Source: an uncultured virus (IMG/VR IMGVR_UViG_3300000117_000017) (Duplodnaviria; Heunggongvirae; Uroviricota; Caudoviricetes). From it: a DNA stretch of 64,000 nucleotides. This document shows, piece by piece, positions 1 to 7,605 of the stretch (its first letter is position 1; every line of letters begins with the position of its first letter). Made by a program: the position numbers and the translations under genes. The stretch is from IMG/VR virus record IMGVR_UViG_3300000117_000017; one strand, 5' to 3'. The notes under the pieces were generated by a model that worked only from the letters and a program-made list of their open reading frames with translations, was not told the DNA's origin and searched no databases.

Positions 1-291
1 ATCAAAAACACTCCATGTGCCTGTATTAGTTTGGTAAGTAGCAGTGTTAAAGTTAATCAATACTTTAGATGAACTTGAACTTGGTGTTATAGCAAGCACT
101 AAACCTGTTGAGGCATAGCTAGTAGAATTCATAGTTACTTGTGTCAGTGTGTTATGTTGTAATACCTGTATTACCTGCCCCGGTGCAACTATCGATCCTG
201 CAGCTCCACTTATCTTATGTCCACTCGCAACGTTTATAGTATTACTACTACTCGCCGAACCTTGTATATTTTGAACTGTTAAACTACTCAT
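1..291 (-). CDS. Tail-fibre-associated protein (partial, runs off window start); paralogue of 4036..4563
   Basis: Manual translation MSSLTVQNIQGSASSSNTINVASGH...PGQVIQV...STSYASTGLVLAITPSSSSSKVLI matches motifs in 4036..4563. Confidence 0.7.
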   Translation of the reverse strand, partial: MSSLTVQNIQGSASSSNTINVASGHKISGAAGSIVAPGQVIQVLQHNTLTQVTMNSTSYASTGLVLAITPSSSSSKVLINFNTATYQTNTGTWSVFD

Positions 292-293
292 TA

Positions 294-1700
294 TTATAAC
301 TCCGATGCAAATGCTAATCTTGAATCAGCTGATTTTGACCTTATGATACCACTATAAGAGGTTGTTCCACTTACATTACCAGTAGCATAAAGAGTTGCAC
401 TATTTTTATTAACTTGCAAAAGAACCCAACCACCATCAAAATCATCACTTGGGTTTTCCATATTAAAATGAGCAGTGCCACTCGATGTAACTACTGTTGG
501 GTTTGCTCTCATTTCTACTGGAAAATCAATGTATGTTCTTATTTGACCAGATGATATATATGTTCCTATTCCTACTGGTTGGCTATTGCCATTTATTTTT
601 TGAAAATAATATCTTCTACACAAAGCTAATTCTTCTCCAAATGACCTATGCTCAAATGGTGTGGCTTGTGAGCCTACTTCTAGTTGTAAGCCAGTTAGAT
701 ACCATTCATTAGCTGTGTTATCTGCTATGTTAATATTTGAACCTGCATTTCTATCTGCGTCTGAAGATGCTTCCCAAGCAGTTGGAACTGCACCACTTGT
801 ATAGTTAGAGCCTGACCCTACTGGAAATTCTATGGTTAATTCTGATGTGTTGTCATTTGCAATAGAGCCTGACGTATCACCATCAAAAGTTATAGTTTTG
901 CGTTCCCAAGTATTTGCACTGCTAATTGCATAAGTAGCACCTATAATTCTACTATTAGCATCTCTTAAATTAACTTGCATATTTCCAGTTTTATTAGATT
1001 TTACAAAAAAACTTAATGTTACTTTTTCAGCACTAGATGTACCCTTTTTTAATTGTTGTAAATTCTGACCCTCAATTCTATAAAACAACTGAAATACATC
1101 CCCTGATGCAGGAGAAGCATCTGCTGTAGTACAATCTAATTTTAAAGAATTGCCAAAGCCATCAGGTGCATCTGTGCTTTGGGTTAAAGTAAATGCACCG
1201 AGTCCACTAAATTCTGTAAGAAATCTATCTAAAGTGTAAATGTTATCTGATACCGAGAATGAAGTTCCTCTCTGCGATATTTGCATACCCCCATTAATAA
1301 CAATATTCCTTCGCCCACCGATCTGTCCACCATTTATTGACGGCGTATTTACAGTACCACTTGTAGTAATATTTCCTGTTGATGTGATTGTCTGTGACGT
1401 AGTTATAGTTGATGCAGTTATCGCGGCATCAACCGGTAATCCTGCAGTTTGAATTGCTTTACCTTGAAATATTACATAGAAACTATCTGATGCATTTACC
1501 GCACCAGTCATTGTTAATGTTGTATTATTTGCTGTATATGCTACTGTAGGTTCTTGTCTCGTATTATTTACAAAGACTTCAATATCAGAAGCTTGTGATA
1601 CACTTTGTTGTAGTGTATATGATGTACCACCGTTTCCAGTAATTGTTTGCTTCTGGAAACTTACATGCTGAGTTGCTGGTTTTTGACCTAGTGTTGACAA
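294..1700 (-). CDS. Tail fibre/adhesin with carbohydrate-binding-like domain
   Basis: RRNIVINGGMQISQRG ... LEVGSQATPFEHRSFGEELALCRRY motifs typical of marine phage fibre proteins; T/S/G-rich. Confidence 0.7.
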   Translation of the reverse strand: MSTLGQKPATQHVSFQKQTITGNGGTSYTLQQSVSQASDIEVFVNNTRQEPTVAYTANNTTLTMTGAVNASDSFYVIFQGKAIQTAGLPVDAAITASTITTSQTITSTGNITTSGTVNTPSINGGQIGGRRNIVINGGMQISQRGTSFSVSDNIYTLDRFLTEFSGLGAFTLTQSTDAPDGFGNSLKLDCTTADASPASGDVFQLFYRIEGQNLQQLKKGTSSAEKVTLSFFVKSNKTGNMQVNLRDANSRIIGATYAISSANTWERKTITFDGDTSGSIANDNTSELTIEFPVGSGSNYTSGAVPTAWEASSDADRNAGSNINIADNTANEWYLTGLQLEVGSQATPFEHRSFGEELALCRRYYFQKINGNSQPVGIGTYISSGQIRTYIDFPVEMRANPTVVTSSGTAHFNMENPSDDFDGGWVLLQVNKNSATLYATGNVSGTTSYSGIIRSKSADSRLAFASEL

Positions 1701-1701
1701 T

Positions 1702-2043
1702 TTATGTTTGCTCCACGAACGATACTATAATATCTAATGAATCTGAATCTGATGAAACTGCTTTTAATATATTACCTGTTTGCATTATAATTTTATGATC
1801 ACCACCTACAATGACTTCAGTACCTCCTGGAGATATTGTTGCATTCTTAACGATGTGTGTAACTTGTCCTGCTGCACCGCTTGAGTCTTGAATACCTGCA
1901 CTAAAGTTTACATTATTGTTCGATAAAACGTTTGCGGCTGACATACCTATAACTATTGTTTTAGTAGCACTCGGACAAGTATATAATGTAGCAGAATCTG
2001 TACTTAATTGTGTATGCAATAAATTTTTTAAAGTATTTGCCAT
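1702..2043 (-). CDS. Small virion structural protein (beta-rich)
   Basis: 113-aa ORF tightly packed in the fibre operon; LYTCP..TKTIV motif. Confidence 0.6.
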   Translation of the reverse strand: MANTLKNLLHTQLSTDSATLYTCPSATKTIVIGMSAANVLSNNNVNFSAGIQDSSGAAGQVTHIVKNATISPGGTEVIVGGDHKIIMQTGNILKAVSSDSDSLDIIVSFVEQT

Positions 2044-2046
2044 TTG

Positions 2047-2244
2047 TTATCCTCCGAAAATCAATGAATTAAGCAAAGCCTGATTATCGGCAATTGTTGT
2101 TACTTCTGAAGAATCAGTAGAAATTACTAAAACCTGTGCTGAATCGAGTAATCCCGGAACTTCGATAGTTCTATCTATGTTGATTTTATTATCAACTACC
2201 GTGATTGCTTGTCCGAAATCTGCTAATTCTCTTGCTTTTGTCAT
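2047..2244 (-). CDS. Small virion protein
   Basis: MTKARELAD N-terminus typical of phage fibre-associated proteins; late promoter directly upstream. Confidence 0.6.
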   Translation of the reverse strand: MTKARELADFGQAITVVDNKINIDRTIEVPGLLDSAQVLVISTDSSEVTTIADNQALLNSLIFGG

Positions 2245-2249
2245 GTTAC

Positions 2250-2257
2250 TATTTATA
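2250..2257 (-). promoter_or_regulatory. T4-type late promoter TATAAATA
   Basis: Exact consensus on the minus strand, 5 nt upstream of the ATG at 2244. Confidence 0.75.
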
Positions 2258-2261
2258 CCTT

Positions 2262-2441
2262 TTAATCAGCTTCTTCTATTGTATTTCCTTCAGCTACCCA
2301 TTCTTGGATTGCTTGGTAGTCTGTATTTTCTAAATTTATTGGCACACAAAGTACAATATTGCTATCATTTAATTCTACTCTAATACCTGTTGGCTCTGTT
2401 TCAGAACCATAATGATAATATTTTGCTTTTTTAATGTTCAT
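2262..2441 (-). CDS. Putative tail fibre assembly chaperone (59 aa, below ORF-track cutoff)
   Basis: Manual translation MNIKKAKYY...VPINLENTDYQAIQEWVAEGNTIEEAD; paralogue of 5297..5473; follows a fibre gene. Confidence 0.7.
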   Translation of the reverse strand: MNIKKAKYYHYGSETEPTGIRVELNDSNIVLCVPINLENTDYQAIQEWVAEGNTIEEAD

Positions 2442-2450
2442 CTTTATCCC

Positions 2451-3527
2451 CTATAGTTCTGCATTGAAAGATATTCTGCCATTGCTTTGACAATGAAAAC
2501 GACCATAGCTACCTTGTGTTCCAGATACACTTTGGTTTGGATATAAAAGTTGATTTATATTTGAAGTAGTATAGGCAACTGTAAAGTCATTAAAAGTTAC
2601 AGGCAAGTTATTATGTGTTGTAACACCATAATAACCACTACCAGACGTTTGTACTAATGTTGGTCCAGTTCTCATTGGTACTGGAAACTGAACAACAACG
2701 TCTGGAAAGGTACTACTCTGATAGCCACCACCTCCAATTAATTCATTCCCACTTGCAAATTCACAAAAGTATCTCTGACACAAAGCTAGTTCTTCCCCAA
2801 ATGACCTATGCTCAAATGCTGTGGCTTGAGATCCAACTTCAAGCTGAACTCCAGCAACACCCATAGTGAACGTACTTGACCCCGCACATAAAATATTTAA
2901 TCCAAGACCATTCAATCCTCCAGCTGGCACAGTCCATGATGCCGTATATTTAACCCAATTACCTGTAAGAGTGCCTAAATTTTGTTCTGATATTGTTGTG
3001 CTTGAACCCCAACTATCTGCACTTCCAGCATATGCTAAACTCACATATAATGTCGTAGCATTAGATACATTTTTAGCTAAAAAACTCGCTGTAACAGTTT
3101 TACCTGACATATGTTGCACGTTTTTGCTTTCAACTCTTTGACTAACTATCGGATTACCTGATGTAGCACTAACAGTTATAGCAGTTGGAAACTCGGTTGG
3201 TGTGTTACTTGTTATCACGGCAGAAGCGCTACAACCTGATAATCTAAATCTATCAACGAAATATCCTGATGTAATTCCTGATGTGGCTCCTCTTTGATTT
3301 ACAGCCATAGCGCCATTAATAATAAGATTTCTTCTCCCACCTATTTGTCCACCGTTTATCGATGGTAAAGTAATATCACCACTAAATGTTGGAGTACCAC
3401 TCATTGTAGTTGCGTTAAGTGTTCCTACAGTTGCGCTATCCGCAATACTGATTTTATTTCCAGTAGGTATCGTTATCGTTGAAGACTGCGCACCTTGTAA
3501 CTGATCTGTTTTAACTATACCTGTCAT
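2451..3527 (-). CDS. Tail fibre/adhesin paralogue 2
   Basis: Shares GGRRNLIINGAM and LEVGSQAT.FEHRSFGEELALCQRY with 294..1700. Confidence 0.7.
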   Translation of the reverse strand: MTGIVKTDQLQGAQSSTITIPTGNKISIADSATVGTLNATTMSGTPTFSGDITLPSINGGQIGGRRNLIINGAMAVNQRGATSGITSGYFVDRFRLSGCSASAVITSNTPTEFPTAITVSATSGNPIVSQRVESKNVQHMSGKTVTASFLAKNVSNATTLYVSLAYAGSADSWGSSTTISEQNLGTLTGNWVKYTASWTVPAGGLNGLGLNILCAGSSTFTMGVAGVQLEVGSQATAFEHRSFGEELALCQRYFCEFASGNELIGGGGYQSSTFPDVVVQFPVPMRTGPTLVQTSGSGYYGVTTHNNLPVTFNDFTVAYTTSNINQLLYPNQSVSGTQGSYGRFHCQSNGRISFNAEL

Positions 3528-4039
3528 GCTAAGTCTCCAAATCCTACTATCATTGCATTTATATCATAATTTCCTGAGTTAGATTCGTTGTCTCTACCAT
3601 AACTTGGAAAACTGGTAGTGTTTCTACCTGCGAAACAGCAATGTTCGTGATAACCTCCACATCCTGAAACAAGAGTATAAACACTATTACCCATATTAGA
3701 TGTAATGTTACATGTATGTACACCCGTACCACCATCAGTTATACTTGAAATATTTATTTGATCATTAATTGAAGCATTTTCTGCATAGTTTACAAAAAGT
3801 TTTGCAACACTTCTTCTAAGAAGTAATGAAGTTCCACCACCATCTGACGTAAAGACCGCGTTAGTTCCTATAGTATGAACACCTGTAACCGCAAGTGTAC
3901 CGCCTACAGTTGCGTTACTAGTTATACCAAGAGTACCGCCTACAGTTGCGTTACTAGTTACAGCAAGAGTATCACCCGTAGGTACAGTTATAGTTGTTCC
4001 AGACCTTGCCGTTATTTCATTTACTTCAATCTTACTCAT
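3524..4039 (-). CDS. Tail-fibre-associated protein
   Basis: TSNATVGGTL repeats; NISSITDGGTG motif; 4-nt overlaps with both neighbours. Confidence 0.6.
   Translation of the reverse strand: MSKIEVNEITARSGTTITVPTGDTLAVTSNATVGGTLGITSNATVGGTLAVTGVHTIGTNAVFTSDGGGTSLLLRRSVAKLFVNYAENASINDQINISSITDGGTGVHTCNITSNMGNSVYTLVSGCGGYHEHCCFAGRNTTSFPSYGRDNESNSGNYDINAMIVGFGDLA
3897..3960. repeat. Coding tandem duplication: 28-bp identical unit with 36-bp period
   Basis: GTACCGCCTACAGTTGCGTTACTAGTTA at 3897-3924 and 3933-3960. Confidence 0.85.
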
Positions 4040-4563
4040 TGTGCGATCTCCATTAGAACTATTCGAGTAGGAACTCCTATATCGTTGTTATCAGCTCTTC
4101 CACCTAAAGCTGCAGTAGCATTCGCGGCTTTCATAAATATTTTATAAGTAGTAGCCGATGTCGTAGATGGAGAATCTAAAAACGTTTGGCCAAATCCTGA
4201 ATAATGATAACCTGAATTTGCTTCTTGTAGCATTGAACTAAATTCATTATTAGAACTTCCAGTACCACTACCTATTTCAGTGTCTTCTCTTTTAAGAATT
4301 ATTGTAGTTCTATTGCCAGCGGCACTATTACCCATTACTCCCGTAACGATTATTAAAACTTTTGAAGAAGTACTACTAGGAGTTATACTAGCTGATACAC
4401 CTATGTCAGCATAACTTGTAGATGTAGTAGTTATCCTAGAAGTCGTGCCTCCCGCAGTAACTTGCAAGACATGACCTGGTGCTTGTAATACATTTCCATT
4501 CGGTATCTCAATAGTGCTACCGTGGCTTGCCTGAATTTTATCTGTTTTTAATATGCTTACCAT
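4036..4563 (-). CDS. Tail-fibre-associated protein
   Basis: PGHVLQV...SASITPSSTSSKVLI...FLDSPSTTSATTYK motifs common in marine phage fibre clusters. Confidence 0.65.
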   Translation of the reverse strand: MVSILKTDKIQASHGSTIEIPNGNVLQAPGHVLQVTAGGTTSRITTTSTSYADIGVSASITPSSTSSKVLIIVTGVMGNSAAGNRTTIILKREDTEIGSGTGSSNNEFSSMLQEANSGYHYSGFGQTFLDSPSTTSATTYKIFMKAANATAALGGRADNNDIGVPTRIVLMEIAQ

Positions 4564-4566
4564 TTT

Positions 4567-5073
4567 TTATCCTACTAAAAATCCACTAAAATAACTTCTT
4601 ATTGGAACATACTCAGATGTTGTACCACTCGCTCGAATTTCTATATAAGTTCCTTGTGAGTACTGATATGTCCAAGTAGTACCTATTGTTTCATCATTTG
4701 CATCGCCATCATTTCTAAATACTCTAATTAGTGGAAATCCACTTTCTCTAAATTCACTTCCACTATGATAAATTGACCATGATGCTGAATTTGAAGTTTG
4801 TTTAATATATAAGTTAAACTGAAAACAATATACACCTGTAATCGGCACTGTAAATCTTCCGTTTGAAGTATCGTAATGACCACCTATATTATGATCTGTT
4901 GCATCTAGCTCAGTAACAATACCGCCACTACTAACTGATTGCCACGTTCCAGTAGTTCCATGTGCAAAGAATGATGGTTTAGCTGGCTGTAAAATTCTGC
5001 CTGTAGCATCAATAGTTGCTGCAGCTGTTCCATTCGGATGTTGTATACTCTGTGTTCCTAAAATACTGGTCAT
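4567..5073 (-). CDS. C1q-like domain protein (putative receptor binding)
   Basis: PSFFA...NIGGHYDTSNGRFTVPITGVYCF...FSGFLVG is the gC1q pattern. Confidence 0.75.
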   Translation of the reverse strand: MTSILGTQSIQHPNGTAAATIDATGRILQPAKPSFFAHGTTGTWQSVSSGGIVTELDATDHNIGGHYDTSNGRFTVPITGVYCFQFNLYIKQTSNSASWSIYHSGSEFRESGFPLIRVFRNDGDANDETIGTTWTYQYSQGTYIEIRASGTTSEYVPIRSYFSGFLVG

Positions 5074-5297
5074 ACTATCGTTAACACTCCGTTAATTTTT
5101 AAGTTTACATCTGAATCAATACTATATGGACCTACCACCATCGCACGTTCTGCAGAATCAATAGTGACGTTTACTCCTAAGTTTGCATAATTTATTGCAA
5201 AACTCTGTTTGATACCCTTACCACCTGTAACTAAAACTGCAGGTGAAGCAGAATCGCCATCAGGATATTGTATTGCTTTTACACCTATTGTACTCAT
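5070..5297 (-). CDS. Small virion protein; C-terminus paralogous to 7219..7605
   Basis: VGPYSIDSDVNLKINGVLTIV versus VGPFNVDSGVTITVNGTLMVV. Confidence 0.6.
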   Translation of the reverse strand: MSTIGVKAIQYPDGDSASPAVLVTGGKGIKQSFAINYANLGVNVTIDSAERAMVVGPYSIDSDVNLKINGVLTIV

Positions 5298-5473
5298 TAA
5301 TCGGCTTCCTCTATTGTATTACCTTTAGATACCCATTTTAAGTACTCTTGATAATCTCTGTTATCTTCACTAATTGGAATAAAAGCTCCATCTTCTTTTC
5401 TTAAAATATATTCTACAGGCTTGCCACCTAATTCTACGGGATCGTTCCCAAGTGATTTATAAGTATATGACAT
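5297..5473 (-). CDS. Putative tail fibre assembly chaperone (58 aa)
   Basis: Manual translation MSYTYKSLG...FIPISEDNRDYQEYLKWVSKGNTIEEAD; paralogue of 2262..2441. Confidence 0.7.
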   Translation of the reverse strand: MSYTYKSLGNDPVELGGKPVEYILRKEDGAFIPISEDNRDYQEYLKWVSKGNTIEEAD

Positions 5474-5475
5474 CG

Positions 5476-6636
5476 TTAAAGCTCCGCATCGTATTGTCCC
5501 GATTCCATAAAATAATTATGAGCAGCATCATAAGATGAAAGTACATAAAACTTACCAACATTTGTACTCAGACTATTAGAGGAAAAACTTGCATTAAATG
5601 TTGCTGTAGCTGTTGGAAAAGCTCTCATAGTAACTGGAAAAAAATCGTGTATCATTTTGTAACTATTATGATATTGACAGCCTCTTGGACCAGAACTACT
5701 ATTTATATTATGTTTATAAAAATACCTCTGACACAAAGCTAGTTCTTCCCCAAATCCTCTATGCTCAAATTCTGTTGCTTGAGAGCCTACTTCCATTTGA
5801 ACTCCAGTAAGAAAGAACGTAGCAGAAGTACTCTCAAATATTGAATTACCACTACTACTAATTTGTGTACTGTTTCCATCAGCATTCCATGATGTTCCTA
5901 ATGTACCGCTTGTATAATTAGAACCCCCATGTAAATAAAATCTTAACATTAATTGTGCAGTATTATTATTTGGAATAACTCCAGTAGTATCGCCTGGAAA
6001 TGTTACAGTCTGTCTTACCCAAGAAGTTGTGACTGGAAAAGTTGCTCCAATTTTTCTACCAGTAGTTCCCTCATATAAACCAACTGTATATGTTGCAGAG
6101 TCATGTCCTTTTACATAAAAAGAAACGGTAACTGGTTTTGCACTTGAAGTTCCTTTTGCTAAACCTTGTGCATCTTGACCTTCCATTTTATATTCTAACC
6201 TAAATCTTTCTGCAGCTGCTATTGAAGTGTCCGCTGTAGTACAAGCAAATTTTAAACAATTTTGAAATCCGGGTAAGTCTGAGATTGCAGTTTGTGTCAT
6301 TGTTAAACGACCAGCTGAATTTAAATTTGTATCACAGTACCATCTATCTAGAGTAAAATAATTATCTGCAGCACCTACACCAGTTGAACTCGTACCTCTC
6401 TGTGCCACTTGCATTGCGCCATTGATAATCATATTCCTTCGTCCACCGACCTGACCGCCGTTTATCGACGGAGTTGTTATCGTACCGGTCGCGGTTGCGT
6501 TCGTGACATTAGCCGTAGTAATTGCAGCCGTAGTAATATTAGCCGTAGTAATAGCTGCACTTCCACTACTATCAATCGTAATAGAATTAGTTCCGTTTGG
6601 ATACTGTATCTTTTTTATTCCAAGTGTACTCGTCAT
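5476..6636 (-). CDS. Tail fibre/adhesin paralogue 3
   Basis: Same anchor motifs as 294..1700; ITTAN/ITTAA pentapeptide stalk. Confidence 0.7.
   Translation of the reverse strand: MTSTLGIKKIQYPNGTNSITIDSSGSAAITTANITTAAITTANVTNATATGTITTPSINGGQVGGRRNMIINGAMQVAQRGTSSTGVGAADNYFTLDRWYCDTNLNSAGRLTMTQTAISDLPGFQNCLKFACTTADTSIAAAERFRLEYKMEGQDAQGLAKGTSSAKPVTVSFYVKGHDSATYTVGLYEGTTGRKIGATFPVTTSWVRQTVTFPGDTTGVIPNNNTAQLMLRFYLHGGSNYTSGTLGTSWNADGNSTQISSSGNSIFESTSATFFLTGVQMEVGSQATEFEHRGFGEELALCQRYFYKHNINSSSGPRGCQYHNSYKMIHDFFPVTMRAFPTATATFNASFSSNSLSTNVGKFYVLSSYDAAHNYFMESGQYDAEL
6511..6552. repeat. 15-bp-period coding tandem repeat (3 copies)
   Basis: AGCCGTAGTAAT at 6511, 6526 and 6541, encoding ITTAx repeats. 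Confidence 0.8.
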
Positions 6637-6703
6637 ATTGTTATCCTAAATTATGCTCTTATGCGTGTGTGCTATGTTTTGCACACTTAGTTTACAATTC
6701 ATT

Positions 6704-7222
6704 CTAAACTCCTATCAACTTATATGCACCAAATGATATTGTGTCTGCTTCAAATCTAGCATCACCATTAGTTACAGTATTAAGATAAACATACATTTCT
6801 AAATAGTCAGAACTACCATTCATGTCTACTACTAGGGAAAGACTAAGACCATATCTATGAGACTTAGAACTAGAATGTCCTTGTGAACTTGTTTTTAATA
6901 GCCTTGAGCCATTTTTATAAATACTGATATTACCATTATACATATCGTAATTAGTAGTGCTTTGTATGCTTCCTGTAATATTCACAAAATATTTACCTGC
7001 CGTGGTAGGAGTAAACCTATCTGATGCAAAGTTATTATCTGTGTCGAAGTCTTCAGTAAATCCAGTTACTTTAGTATCTGTATTATCAGAAAATTGAAAA
7101 GCATTTAGATTCCTTGCTTGAAATGCAGGTGTATTAGTCATTGCAATTGTTGCAATGCTAAACGAACCTGCTTGATTTGTAATAGCGTCAGTCTTTACTG
7201 TATTTACTTTTAAATCACTCAT
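6704..7222 (-). CDS. C1q-like domain protein
   Basis: TPAFQA...FDTDNNFASDRFTPTTAGKYF...DYLEMY...FGAYKL. Confidence 0.7.
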   Translation of the reverse strand: MSDLKVNTVKTDAITNQAGSFSIATIAMTNTPAFQARNLNAFQFSDNTDTKVTGFTEDFDTDNNFASDRFTPTTAGKYFVNITGSIQSTTNYDMYNGNISIYKNGSRLLKTSSQGHSSSKSHRYGLSLSLVVDMNGSSDYLEMYVYLNTVTNGDARFEADTISFGAYKLIGV

Positions 7223-7605
7223 ACTACCATCAATGTCCCGTTAACTGTTATTGTCACACCTGAGTCTACATTAAATGGACCTACTAATAATCCATTACTA
7301 TTTGAATCGATAATGTGGCTTCTCGATAAATTTTTTGGATTTGTTCTCAAATCTGCTGCAATCTTTCCTGTAATTGTAGTTGTTGTTATAATTGTATTTA
7401 TACTGGCTGAGTCTGCAGCATCTTGTCGTAGAGCTATGTATGCAGAGTCAACTTGAAATCCAATAGCTGAATCAATCATAGACTGAGTTGCGGCAGAATC
7501 TGTACCCGCAGTTTGTCTAAATTGAATATAATCAGAATCTATCAAACCTTTTACATGTGTATCAACATTTGTATGTAAGTTGAATGCTTGAATTTTCGTT
7601 GCCAT
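7219..7605 (-). CDS. Virion protein with Asp-Ser-rich repeats
   Basis: Shares TDSxATQxMIDSxIGFQVDSAYIxLRQ with the 1939-aa fibre. Confidence 0.6.
   Translation of the reverse strand: MATKIQAFNLHTNVDTHVKGLIDSDYIQFRQTAGTDSAATQSMIDSAIGFQVDSAYIALRQDAADSASINTIITTTTITGKIAADLRTNPKNLSRSHIIDSNSNGLLVGPFNVDSGVTITVNGTLMVV

Noticed and set aside
600..5800. Repeated blocks as a diversity-generating retroelement TR/VR pair
   Set aside because: All copies are coding, differences are not adenine-specific, and no reverse transcriptase is present in the window
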